A DNA stretch of 64,000 bases from a virus (IMGVR_UViG_3300028534_000017:8284-72283); one strand, 5' to 3'. Positions 10,075-20,538 are shown, counted from the stretch's first letter. Translations and numbers: made by a program. The notes: generated by a model not told the origin, from the letters alone.

Positions 10075-10401
10075 TCATTTTATATCCTCATTTTCATCAA
10101 ATTTAATACCTGGTGAAATCATTTCTTTAATTGAAGTTGGTTTTTTAATGATATCCCAACTTCTAAAAGTTAACGATTTTTCATAATATGTTGTCTTAAT
10201 AGATGTATCTATATTATCTATATTCCAAGTATTATTATAATTCCAAGTATTATTATACATATTCGAAATATTATTATTTATTCGGTCATTTAATAGTTCC
10301 ATTATCTGTTTAGTCAATGTCGGATCAATATTATTTAAATTATTTAATTCGTCGAGTGTTGAAAAATTCCAAAAATCATCATTCATTGGAATCTCCTTCA
10401 A
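10075..10401 (-). CDS. Hypothetical protein (Asn-rich)
   Basis: 108-aa ORF, short internal repeat YNNTWNYNNTWN. Confidence 0.5.
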   Translation of the reverse strand: MKEIPMNDDFWNFSTLDELNNLNNIDPTLTKQIMELLNDRINNNISNMYNNTWNYNNTWNIDNIDTSIKTTYYEKSLTFRSWDIIKKPTSIKEMISPGIKFDENEDIK

Positions 10402-10720
10402 AATTAATTTTTAATTTTTCAGGTTTTTTTTGTTTATCGAATAATAAATTTTCAGGTATTTTAAGAGTTATTGCTATCTCCTGACGTAAATTAGTCATTT
10501 CCATGTCATCTAAAATTATCTCCTTTGGTCTTAAGCCATTAATCCCATAGATTGAATTATTGGTACCTCTAGGAGTATCGACACTCATACCAACTCCCAC
10601 ACCATACCGACTATTTACCATCATCTTTCTTAAAACATCATGGTTATCCAAATCTAAAATATTCATCCATTTGGCATATATACTTGAACTTCCTATGGTA
10701 TCTATTTGATCATCATTCAT
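10379..10720 (-). CDS. Hypothetical protein with KLKINFE tail
   Basis: Ends PEKLKINFEGDSNE. Confidence 0.55.
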   Translation of the reverse strand: MNDDQIDTIGSSSIYAKWMNILDLDNHDVLRKMMVNSRYGVGVGMSVDTPRGTNNSIYGINGLRPKEIILDDMEMTNLRQEIAITLKIPENLLFDKQKKPEKLKINFEGDSNE

Positions 10721-11647
10721 TTAATTTCCTTTTAGTTTTTTAATTGCCTCCAACGAGTCTAGTTTAGTTTTATCTTTAATAGTTAAAACTTTTTCTGGTT
10801 GTTTAAATTTATATAAATACTGATCGATCACAGATTCCATATGTTCGTTATTTACGCAACTTCTACATGGACCAAGTACCTGACTAATATCCACTTTCAT
10901 ACTATTCATACTCTCCATATTTTCTATAGAAATTTCCGCTAGATCTATAATAGTACTACAAGTATCATATTCTCCAAAAACCACTTTACCATCTTCTTTG
11001 ATCATCGGTTTACAAAAACTAGCCATGCTGTGAGTTTTAACATAGTCGATAGCTTTAAATAACTCTCCATCATGTTCACTTAATGAATTATACATATTGA
11101 AACATGATGGGCTTTTTCGCTGAGCAATAAAAGAAACTTCTTTTATTTTGTCAATATTTTTTAAAGCTCTACCAACTGGAATTATTCCATGATCTAAAGT
11201 TTCGCATAAAACCATACGACGTTCTATTTCATCACCATACTTCTTTTTAATTTTAGTGAACTTTTTATTTAAGAACTTAACTCTTTCATCATGATCTTTA
11301 TAAATTCCTTTTACCGATGTAAGTTGAATTAAAAGATTTGGATATTTTTGCATAAGTTTTAAAACTTTTTTTAATTGATCCTTATTATAAAAACCTTTTC
11401 CATTTGTAATAATAGTAATTGGTCGTGGACTAAAAGTTTTTAGAACTTTTTTAAGAATTTTAATAAATTCTGGATGTTCTGTTGGTTCACCACCACTTAA
11501 TTGAATAGTAGTAGTAAGTGGGGCAAGTTCCGCAAATCTAATCATTTTATCTATAACTTCCATAGATGCATGTTTACCTTTAGTAGTACTATCATGCATG
11601 CAGTGCATACAACCCATATCACAATAATTTGTAATTTTAAATACCAT
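10721..11647 (-). CDS. Radical SAM protein with Cys-containing (twitch/SPASM-like) C-terminus
   Basis: CDMGCMHC (CxxxCxxC), SGGEPTEHP, and later Cys cluster FCKP...DTC...PCRSC. Confidence 0.85.
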   Translation of the reverse strand: MVFKITNYCDMGCMHCMHDSTTKGKHASMEVIDKMIRFAELAPLTTTIQLSGGEPTEHPEFIKILKKVLKTFSPRPITIITNGKGFYNKDQLKKVLKLMQKYPNLLIQLTSVKGIYKDHDERVKFLNKKFTKIKKKYGDEIERRMVLCETLDHGIIPVGRALKNIDKIKEVSFIAQRKSPSCFNMYNSLSEHDGELFKAIDYVKTHSMASFCKPMIKEDGKVVFGEYDTCSTIIDLAEISIENMESMNSMKVDISQVLGPCRSCVNNEHMESVIDQYLYKFKQPEKVLTIKDKTKLDSLEAIKKLKGN

Positions 11648-11755
11648 TATCTCTCCTTTAGGTATTATATATTAATCGAAATTAATCGAAATTGATTTTT
11701 AATTTTTTGGCTTATTTTTTAAAAACTATTTGACCATTGTTGTACAATACGTTTT

Positions 11756-12109
11756 CTATTTTTTCCATTCTTGCTCTCCTTCAAAAATTATTCTTATTTT
11801 AGGAATATTTTTATCGATTTTGGATTTTTTAAATTCTATTTTATCGACCAAACATAATGATGCCCAAAGCAGATGTATATTTTCTAACTCACGTGCACTC
11901 TCTTTACCAAGATTAAGAAAATCCCGGTCCCAAACTACAAACGAATCAAAAAAACTTACAAGCATATTCCATTTTTTAACTTGTTTAAAAATATCTTCCC
12001 ATGTATCCATAGGCGAAAAATAACTATGTAAGACAACAATCTTTCTTAATTTTTCCTTATCTGAAAATTTTTGTTCTATAAAATCCATAAAATAAGCGAC
12101 TTCTTTCAT
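11756..12109 (-). CDS. Trp-containing paralog family protein with IxFE tail
   Basis: Similar to 12110..12448 (YFMDF); ends PKIRIIFEGEQEWKK. Confidence 0.6.
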   Translation of the reverse strand: MKEVAYFMDFIEQKFSDKEKLRKIVVLHSYFSPMDTWEDIFKQVKKWNMLVSFFDSFVVWDRDFLNLGKESARELENIHLLWASLCLVDKIEFKKSKIDKNIPKIRIIFEGEQEWKK

Positions 12110-12448
12110 TTACTCTCCCTCGAAATTGATTTTTAATTTTTTTATTTCAATATCTTTGAATACTATTGGTATATTTTTAGAGTTCGCATCGTGTACTATT
12201 CTTTTCCAATCAATATGAATACGTTCTAAATCCATTCGCGAATCGAATAATAATCGCCGATACTCATTTGCCCAATTAATAAGATAATTGAAAATATATC
12301 CAATATTGTTATCTCGCATGGATTTATTAAAACATTGTTCTAAAGACAGATTTTGAAATCCTGTGTTTTTTCTAAATATGCTTAGTAATGTTTCTATATC
12401 TGTGAATTCCTTTTCCACGAAATCCATAAAATATACCTTCTCTCTCAT
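12110..12448 (-). CDS. Trp-containing paralog family protein with KLKINFE tail
   Basis: Ends KKLKINFEGE. Confidence 0.6.
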   Translation of the reverse strand: MREKVYFMDFVEKEFTDIETLLSIFRKNTGFQNLSLEQCFNKSMRDNNIGYIFNYLINWANEYRRLLFDSRMDLERIHIDWKRIVHDANSKNIPIVFKDIEIKKLKINFEGE

Positions 12449-12474
12449 ATATATTCCTTTTTAAATTTAAAGAA

Positions 12475-12510
12475 AACTATTCATAGTAATACTATGAATA
12501 GTTAACTATT
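12475..12510. repeat. AACTAT/ATAGTT-family palindrome
   Basis: AACTATTCATAGT-AAT-ACTATGAATAGTT followed by AACTATT; intergenic, after the beta' gene. Confidence 0.7.
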
Positions 12511-12528
12511 GATAAAAACTATTGAAAA

Positions 12529-14550
12529 TTAATAATACATTTCCAATAGCTCATTATACATATGTCCAGTTCCTTCGTTACCAGCATTTTCATTTTTATA
12601 AACATTAGCAATCGCTCTATTACTAAAGTTATAAAAGATTGATAATTTTGGATCTAATTTTTCAATAATATTTTTTAGAGCTATTTGAATAACCGCTGGT
12701 TTATCTGAGTACTTACAGATATTATCATCTTCATCATAAAAAATAAGACTAAGAATCATTTCAAAATAAACACTAAGTAAATCATTTTGAGTTATTACTT
12801 CTACTAACGAATTATAAATTTCATTAGGAGCTATAAATTTATCATCCTTTCTATTTTTATCAATCAGAGATACGATACTAGTAAGAATTTTTACCGAATC
12901 ATCATTATATGGTAAATTAATTACCTTTAATGACATTATCGAATCTTTTACCGTAATATCTAAATCGGAATCATTATACTTAGTAAATAAATACTCTGTA
13001 ATGGTTTCGAGATTTTCTTCGGACGATTCTATTATTGTTTCATCTGGTTTAGCAATAATTTTAGAATCTTTTAAAATATCCAAAACTTTATAATCCAGTT
13101 CCGTAATAAAAGCTCCGCCGAAGTGATGCGCTCTAAGAACAGATTGAATAATACCCTCTGCAATATAACTACCAAGACTTGCTCCAACATGTTTGGAAGT
13201 AGGAGTTTTTTTACCAAAACATTTTTTACATATACCAAACGTTGGTACTTGACATTTTTGAGGACTATACATTCTCCAAGTTTTTCCAACCATATCATCA
13301 AAAAATAATTTCCAATCTTCGTTGGTTGTTTCAATATCTAAATAAAAATCTTCTTTAGTTTCCTCATTAATAAACCAGCGATGATTCACGGATTTAAGAT
13401 GATCTTTACTATGTATTTCTATATCAATTGTCTTACGTTCATCTATTGGAACGTTAGCTTGACAATCCTCTATATCTTCTTCAAAATGTAAAATACCAGT
13501 ACTGAAGAAAAATTTTCTCTGTAGTTCTCCACCTCTAGGAATACTATCTTGTCTCTGCATAAGTGCTAATCTTGCACTATCTCCGGTTTCGTAATATTCC
13601 TTTTGAGTTAAACCATCGAGTAATGAATGTTCAATATTTCTTGGAATAGCTTTACCATAGATATTGGTAGGAATTCCCGTATTACTTGCCGCTTTTAATA
13701 ATTGGACCGATTTTAATCTAGCTCCGGAATCGGATACCCTATGTAAAATATTATCGGGATTCTTTTTAACCTCAGGTCCAACATAATCCTCAAATAATAC
13801 CATATTCTGATGGAATGCTAGGTATGGTTCATTTTGAATAAGATTCTTTTTGTACTCTGTAATTTCTTCGGAATTTACAGCGAAGTCGTTTAAATCAAAA
13901 CTAGGATTACAATAATCAATCGTAGTACCAACTTCCATTAAAAATTTATCCAATTCATGTCCAAGATTCCACAATTCATTTGCTCTATTGTTCGCTTTTA
14001 AATCTTTATAAAATCTCCACATTAACTTAGTAAGATTTTTTTTATTTAGAATTTCAAACTGATGATATATTGTAAAATCATTAGATGTTTCGTCCCAATT
14101 AATAGGATGCAAACATCGGTTAATTAGCCAATCGGCTAAAGTAAGGGTTCTATCTAAATTTTCGATAGATATTACCAAATTATTTTTTTTAATAATATCA
14201 AAATCTATAAATTTTTCTCTAAGTTCCGCGAAGTCTTTTACAGTTATTTCTATATCACTTAATAATAAAGCATTTTCTCCAAACTCGTTATTAAGATCAA
14301 AATTTATGTTTTCATATGCTCTTTTAGTATACATATAACTAGCATAAATAGCTTCATGTTCAAAATCAAACAATAATGAATCCCTTTGTTCAAATTCAAT
14401 ATTATTATTTACAAACATATGTGTGAAATCGTGTTTCGCTTCTTCGGAATGTAACGCAGCAGCTATGACGTTGTCACCATCATAGTCATGATTATGAAGT
14501 ACAGAAGTTAAGTTAGATAACTCCATTACTCTATTTTTTCGTATTTCCAT
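12529..14550 (-). CDS. rpoC: RNA polymerase beta'-like subunit, C-terminal catalytic half (set 1); start reassigned to MEIRKN
   Basis: NHDYDGD (NADFDGD equivalent) near the N-terminus; SGARLK, LLDGLTQKEYY, GGELQRK, SPQKC...ICKKCFG and GIIQSVLRAHHFGG. Confidence 0.92.
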   Translation of the reverse strand: MEIRKNRVMELSNLTSVLHNHDYDGDNVIAAALHSEEAKHDFTHMFVNNNIEFEQRDSLLFDFEHEAIYASYMYTKRAYENINFDLNNEFGENALLLSDIEITVKDFAELREKFIDFDIIKKNNLVISIENLDRTLTLADWLINRCLHPINWDETSNDFTIYHQFEILNKKNLTKLMWRFYKDLKANNRANELWNLGHELDKFLMEVGTTIDYCNPSFDLNDFAVNSEEITEYKKNLIQNEPYLAFHQNMVLFEDYVGPEVKKNPDNILHRVSDSGARLKSVQLLKAASNTGIPTNIYGKAIPRNIEHSLLDGLTQKEYYETGDSARLALMQRQDSIPRGGELQRKFFFSTGILHFEEDIEDCQANVPIDERKTIDIEIHSKDHLKSVNHRWFINEETKEDFYLDIETTNEDWKLFFDDMVGKTWRMYSPQKCQVPTFGICKKCFGKKTPTSKHVGASLGSYIAEGIIQSVLRAHHFGGAFITELDYKVLDILKDSKIIAKPDETIIESSEENLETITEYLFTKYNDSDLDITVKDSIMSLKVINLPYNDDSVKILTSIVSLIDKNRKDDKFIAPNEIYNSLVEVITQNDLLSVYFEMILSLIFYDEDDNICKYSDKPAVIQIALKNIIEKLDPKLSIFYNFSNRAIANVYKNENAGNEGTGHMYNELLEMYY

Positions 14551-16040
14551 TAATTTTCCTTTGTCCAAATATATTTGAGATGTCCAGCATCAAACATTTT
14601 TCGATAACCAGTTTTCAGAACAATTTCTTCCTCCGTTAAATCGTCAGAATAATTTTCTTTAAATTCTTCTAGATTTTTTAATTTATGTTTTTGAAACTGA
14701 CTTCTATGTATCGGTTTAGTACGCCATTTAGTAATTTTATAATAATAATACGAAGGATTGGTAATTTCTATAAATCTAAAACCTAATTTAGAGTATATAT
14801 TATTTTTTGAAAATACCCATCTTCTATTACCATACGAAATTACACTTGAAGGATTATAATTTCTAATAAAATATTTAAATAATTTACTAGCGCCACCGAT
14901 AATTTGAATATTGAGTTTAGAACAAAACCTAATTAATTCATATTCGTATTCCTTATTGAATCTTGGTTTCCCAAAAGTCATCATTGCTAATAATTCATCT
15001 TCGCTATATAATCCTAATTTAATTTTAGAATATGAAAAACCCTGCAAATGATTTTCATTTAGAAAACTTCTTGCTATATGTGATGGAACTAACCTTACCT
15101 TTAATTTTCTAGCATAATATCTTTTTTCATAACTACCAAATTTGGCATTTATCTTCGACTGCCAAATACCAGGAATATGATTTATTTCATCTTCATTTAT
15201 TTGAAATAAATGAATATCTTTTTTTTCGGCTTCGTTAACTTTTATAAAATGCCGATCTCTGTAAAATTCTTTTGGATGTTTAGTATGATTAACTTGACCA
15301 TAACTATGCCAATAAATACCATTTACTTCTATAGCAAACTTATATTCTGGAATATAAAAATCCAATTCCGTTTTATTATCTAAAACTTTTCTAGTACCTG
15401 TAAAAATATTAAAATTTTTTACTAATAAATCATTGGTATTATCTAATAAATATTTAACTTTCTTTTCCGTTTCCGGAATTTTATATTGAGTTTTAACACT
15501 TATTTTAAATTTTCTAAGATATTTTTGCACTATTTGCTTAGATATTTTTAAACGATTTTGAACTTCTAAATAATCGATTATATATTCGCCATCCTTTTCT
15601 ACTATAAATTCTTTTATAAATAATTCCTTATCTAATAAATACTTTGCATTTTCTCCATAAAGTTTTCTTAATTTAGTCTCGGTTTGTTTATATCTACTTG
15701 CATCGGAGAACTTTTCTTTTCCAATATTCGATAAATACGAACTTCCTTTTTTACAAGATAAACTACAGAAACTTCCAGGACGAGAATTAGCCAAATTTAC
15801 CATATTATTACAATTATTTCCTTTACATTGTAAATTATCTTTAGTATATTTATTTAAATAAAATGAAACTTTCGACCGAATATCAGTTTTTATATTTTGA
15901 ATTTCATTTAATTTTGCGTCGATAAAATAGTTTTCTATAATTTCTCTTTCTTCGGAAAGAATATTTTTTAATAAATGCGAATTTAATATTCCACGTTTAT
16001 CAAAATATTTTTCGAAAGTATATTTCCTAGGTTCGCTCAC
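14550..16040 (-). mobile_element. Free-standing Hef-like (PD-(D/E)XK) homing endonuclease
   Basis: ELDFYIPEYKFAIEVNGIYWHS; C-terminal FLNENHLQG...ELIRFCSK...GGASKLF domain; N-terminal Cys module. Confidence 0.8.
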
Positions 16041-16055
16041 GTACTCTCCTTTATA

Positions 16056-16427
16056 TTATCTCATCGCTTTTCTACAATTACTGGAACAATATCTCTCTGG
16101 AATATTATGTTTGACCCAAACTAAATTTTCACATATTTTATTATTACATTGCAAATCGCTTAACGAGTATTCAAAAAAATAACATATACATTTTAATTGA
16201 AAGAGATCATTGTATATACTATTAAATATTTTATCATCTAGCCAACCAATATTTTCATCCCAATATAATTTAATTTCTTGTACTAAATCACAATCATTTT
16301 TAATTAATTTTAAATATCGTGGAACAAAATCCCCATTACGATCTGTAAATTTAATAAAATTTTCTAATTTATCATCAGGTATTGAATCTAATAATTTTTT
16401 TTTATTATGATTTATATTGTTAATCAT
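16056..16427 (-). CDS. Stand-alone Cys/Zn module resembling the N-terminus of the neighbouring endonucleases
   Basis: QCNNKICENLV...RYCSSNCRK vs QCKGNNCNNMV...SFCSLSCKK in 14550..16040. Confidence 0.5.
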   Translation of the reverse strand: MINNINHNKKKLLDSIPDDKLENFIKFTDRNGDFVPRYLKLIKNDCDLVQEIKLYWDENIGWLDDKIFNSIYNDLFQLKCICYFFEYSLSDLQCNNKICENLVWVKHNIPERYCSSNCRKAMR

Positions 16428-16896
16428 TTTGTTGTTTTACCGCCTTTAATAAAATATCTTTATATTTATTAGCTAATTGGCTTTTCTCGGTATCTGGATT
16501 AATTCCTGAATCTGGATGGTATAACTTCTGAACTTCTTTCCATCTGCGTTTTATTTCATATTTTGTAACTTCTTCTATTTCATAAAAATCATAAAATTCC
16601 ATAGCAGGGTTAATTTCATCCCTAATTTCATTTTGTTTTTCTTTAGCTTTTTGCTCTATATAATCTATAATTCGATTATATAATTTATTTCCGAAAATAA
16701 ACCAAAATGGTTTATTTTCTCTAGCTAATTCAAAGGTTTGGTAATTTAAAATATGGTTAACTATTTTATACATTCCATAAAAAAGAATACTGAAAATAGT
16801 TATCAATACGAATAAAATAGTTAAAGATACTGTCCAAAAATAAATAACTGGTAATATAAAACTCCACAAAACGAATTTTTTTATCCCTTTAACCAT
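16420..16896 (-). CDS. Membrane-anchored J-domain (DnaJ-like) protein
   Basis: N-terminal hydrophobic segment; EIKRRWKEVQKLYHPD contains the J-domain HPD motif. Confidence 0.8.
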   Translation of the reverse strand: MVKGIKKFVLWSFILPVIYFWTVSLTILFVLITIFSILFYGMYKIVNHILNYQTFELARENKPFWFIFGNKLYNRIIDYIEQKAKEKQNEIRDEINPAMEFYDFYEIEEVTKYEIKRRWKEVQKLYHPDSGINPDTEKSQLANKYKDILLKAVKQQND

Positions 16897-16897
16897 A

Positions 16898-17146
16898 TTA
16901 AGCTCTTATACTCACTCTAACGAAATGATTATTATATTCCTCGGGAATATTAAATAATTCTCTTCCGTAACTTGTTATATCAACATCATTAAAAGTAACA
17001 ATATTGTTTATAATATTGCTACCTCGTCGGAACGTATCAAATACCTTTTTATCATTTAAATATAAATGATCCGATTTTAATTCAAGATTTTCTCGAATAC
17101 TAAATGGAAATTCCTTTCCATCTATCACATATATTGCTTCAGTCAT
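16898..17146 (-). CDS. Hypothetical protein
   Basis: 82-aa ORF with RBS. Confidence 0.5.
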   Translation of the reverse strand: MTEAIYVIDGKEFPFSIRENLELKSDHLYLNDKKVFDTFRRGSNIINNIVTFNDVDITSYGRELFNIPEEYNNHFVRVSIRA

Positions 17147-17156
17147 GTTATTTCCT

Positions 17157-17354
17157 TTATTTAACCATTTCTATATCAGATATTAATTTATCTAATGCGT
17201 CTCGAAGTTCTTTCGCTTTTTTTAAATCTAAATAAATATCATAACTAGAATCATCCAAATTTGCTTCAAGTGATTCTATATTTGGATATTCGCATTCCTC
17301 TAAACAAGGATTTACTTTGGTCGAACTAATTTTTTCTAAAACGATAATTTTCAT
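17157..17354 (-). CDS. Hypothetical protein (start reassigned to MKIIVLE)
   Basis: RBS GAGGAGG upstream of ATG at 17354. Confidence 0.5.
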   Translation of the reverse strand: MKIIVLEKISSTKVNPCLEECEYPNIESLEANLDDSSYDIYLDLKKAKELRDALDKLISDIEMVK

Positions 17355-18925
17355 TCTTCCTCCTCTTTTATCCATTCGTATTTTAAATTTCCACAATTAT
17401 AAATTTTTCTATAACCATTTTCAAGCATAATTTGTTTTTCGGTTTTAGAATCTTTATAATTTGGTAAATGTTTTAATTTTGACTTAATAAATTTCGATCT
17501 AGTAAACAATTCTCCATTTTTAGTATAACTATAACTAGGTAAAGATTCTCCTATAAAAGTAAAACCCAAAGTCAGATATAAATTTTTATTTGAATATGCT
17601 ATTCTTTTATTCGCATATGATAAAATACTTTTTGGTCGATAATTTTTAATAAAATACTTAAATAATTTACTAGCTCCTCCAACCACAGAAGTATTTAAAA
17701 TATTACAGAATCTTATTAATTCATATTCGTATGTTTTATCGTACCTTGGAGTGCTAAAAGTCATTAAACTGACCAAAGTATCTTTATGATATAAACCCAG
17801 TTTTATTTTACCGGGAGTACTTCCCTGCAAATGATTATTTTCTAAAAATAATTTAGAATCTTTAGAAGATACCTCTTTAACGATCAACTTTCTAGCGTAG
17901 TACGATTTGATATTTTTTCCAAGTTTATTCCGAATAATACTTTTCCAAATATCTTTCTTTTGTATCCATTCATTTTCAAAAATATGTAATAAATTGAAAT
18001 TTTTTTCTTCCATCACTTGAGTTTTTTCTAAATGTTTAAATTTATATTTATATTCTTGATCAATTTTACTTAAACCAAAACTATGCCAATACAAACCATT
18101 ATATTCTATAGCTAAATTATATTCCGGTATTAAAATATCAATTTCTTTACCTATTAATGATTTATCATTTTCAATAGTTTCTATATTTAAACTATTAATG
18201 AATGAATTTACTTCCTTTTCTCCTTCGGAATATTTAAGATTTTTTATTTGATATTCTATACCAAGCTTTCGGAATTGTTTGTATGGTAAAGTTTCGGAAC
18301 AATTAAAATATTCTCTAAACAATTTCCATTTAATTTTTTTATTTTTATCTAAAAAATTTTTTATAAGAAAATCCCTATTATAAAATAATTCCTTATTTTG
18401 TCGATGACCAAGAATTATATTATTAATTCTTTTCTTTCTTAGTAAAATATTTTCTTCTTCTAAAATTATTCGATTTTTAAAATTATCCTTTCCTGGACGA
18501 TTGTCCCAAGAACCATATTTTTCAATAATTGTTTTTTTACGTTTTTCCAATCTTTTTTCCGCGTTTTCTTTTTCCCGAGTAGATGAATTTTTTTTATTTT
18601 TTGGATCAGTATTAAAACATTTTAAATTACAATATCTTTTAACATATGGTCCGTGATTTGGATTAGCTTTTTCTATTTTAAATTTTAATTCTTTAAAACA
18701 TGTTTCGCATAAAGGTTTTTGGTTATAATCATTTTTTATACACCACAATAAATCCCCAAACGATATAGATTCTTTATTTGGAATATTATTTAAATAAGTA
18801 TAGATATCCCTTATCAAATCCACATCCTTCTTTAAAGTAAAACTATTTAATTTTTCATTACCATTTTTATCAAAGAATTGAAATTTAGATATTTTTTTAA
18901 GAAGTTCTTCCTTCGTTAAACTCAT
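17351..18925 (-). mobile_element. Free-standing Hef-like homing endonuclease
   Basis: EIDILIPEYNLAIEYNGLYWHS, FLENNHLQG and GGASKLF; paralog of 14550..16040; overlaps the 3' end of the beta' N gene. Confidence 0.8.
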
Positions 18926-20435
18926 CTATTTTATCCTTGTATATTTTCTGAATTGCTAATTTCATATTTCTTTCAAAAACTTTTCCCATCATTGATCCAG
19001 TTTTTATAAGATTCTTAACATATTCCGGGGCTTTCTGCATAGCTTCGAAATATAATAATCTTTCATCTGCAGAAAGATTATCTAATTCTGGCATTTCTAT
19101 AATTTCATTTGGAGAATCCCCGTATGCTCTTGCTAACATATAACCAGACATACTCCATTTATATAAATTAGGTTGTCTTTCAACGATCATTTTAAAATCG
19201 GAAATATAATTTTTAAGAAAATCCGTTAAATCATCTTCTGGTATAGCTATTTCAAAGTTTTTATCAAAACTATCATATACATACTGAATATATTCAACTA
19301 TACTGAACAATTTAACTTCTCCTTCTTTTTCTATAATTTCAATTTCATTTTCTTCGTATTTAAGAAATAAGTATCTGAGTAGTTCTGGTAAAAATAACTT
19401 TTTAACGCTTTCTTCCGGAAGACCAATTTGATAAGGTTTTAGAACTGGATTAGGAACAATTACCGCCCTTTGTGAAAACTCGATTGTTTTACCAGTTAAA
19501 GATTCCCTAACATAATTTTTGGTTTTTTGAAAATTAAATTGTAATATCTCGTCATAAATCGCGTTAACCGATTCCTGATATTTATATACAGTATTTCCAA
19601 AAAAATCGGAATTAGCATTATAAAGATTATCCATAATACTAGTGCCTCTAGAAATATTTTTAAGTATTTCTATATAAGCTTTAGAAATTGGATGTGGAAT
19701 AATTTTAACATTTGAAATTTTAATAACTTGTCTTGAACCAGGAGGTGTTACTAAAATATAATTTATAAAAATATGTTTAATATATTTATAATTAATTTTA
19801 TCTGTAATTAAATGTCTAAATCTATAACGTTCCTCTAATCCTTCATCTTCCTGTACAGGATGTTCCAATACTTCTCCGGTTTCATCATCTATTGTAAAGT
19901 ACTCTGTTTTTAAATCATCTTTAAGAAAATTAAATAATAATCTTAATGAATTGATATCAAATACTGGAAAATCGGTTAAACAATTACCTATTTCCTTTTC
20001 CGATATTTTTGAAGTCCGTAATAATTTTTCTTTACTAAGACTATAAAAATAAGGATTCTCCTTATTTGCATTATATTGAAATTTATTTAATAGATTTTTT
20101 ATCGCATTAAATCCAAAAACTTCTTGTAACGCATTTTTAAAATCTGGATTTATAATATATATACCTTCGGGTAATAATATTTTAGCGAATTGTGAATTAC
20201 GTTTATCGCTTAATCCACATTCAACTTCACAAAGATCACAAACTTCTCCCGCATTAATTCTTCCAAATAATTTTTCACATTGGCATTTATAATTTTTCAA
20301 TGGTCCAAATATCTGTTCGGAATATAATGAATCCTTGCTAAAGATGTTATGTTTGTTACTTGTGTATATTGCTGGATTGGTTACCTCAGGTAATTCATCC
20401 ACTCTCTCGTACTCTTTAAAATTTAATGTGATCAT
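18897..20435 (-). CDS. rpoC: RNA polymerase beta'-like subunit, N-terminal half (set 1)
   Basis: LYSEQIFGPLKNYKCQC...CDLC (Zn site), RESLTGKTIEFSQRAVI and ERQPNLY (NRAPTLH equivalent). Confidence 0.9.
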   Translation of the reverse strand: MITLNFKEYERVDELPEVTNPAIYTSNKHNIFSKDSLYSEQIFGPLKNYKCQCEKLFGRINAGEVCDLCEVECGLSDKRNSQFAKILLPEGIYIINPDFKNALQEVFGFNAIKNLLNKFQYNANKENPYFYSLSKEKLLRTSKISEKEIGNCLTDFPVFDINSLRLLFNFLKDDLKTEYFTIDDETGEVLEHPVQEDEGLEERYRFRHLITDKINYKYIKHIFINYILVTPPGSRQVIKISNVKIIPHPISKAYIEILKNISRGTSIMDNLYNANSDFFGNTVYKYQESVNAIYDEILQFNFQKTKNYVRESLTGKTIEFSQRAVIVPNPVLKPYQIGLPEESVKKLFLPELLRYLFLKYEENEIEIIEKEGEVKLFSIVEYIQYVYDSFDKNFEIAIPEDDLTDFLKNYISDFKMIVERQPNLYKWSMSGYMLARAYGDSPNEIIEMPELDNLSADERLLYFEAMQKAPEYVKNLIKTGSMMGKVFERNMKLAIQKIYKDKIDEFNEGRTS

Positions 20436-20502
20436 TCTTTTCCTTTGAAAATTTGACTGTATTTATTATATCTATATAAACTAAAATACTATCCTTAGTT
20501 TA

Positions 20503-20529
20503 TTAATCGTCGAATACTAATCTTACCAT
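20503..20529 (-). CDS. Candidate 8-aa micropeptide MVRLVFDD
   Basis: AAGG RBS 6 nt upstream, double TAA stop; sequence matches the family tail motif. Confidence 0.3.
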   Translation of the reverse strand: MVRLVFDD

Positions 20530-20538
20530 AATAAACCT

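Noticed and set aside
10379-10720. GLRPKEIILDD resembling a terminase or helicase Walker B
   Set aside because: No Walker A and the protein is too short; at most a remnant.
14550-18897. Intron or intein joining the set-1 beta' halves
   Set aside because: Both halves have their own start and stop, the NHDYDGD motif is intact in one chain, and no intein blocks or group I core were recognised.
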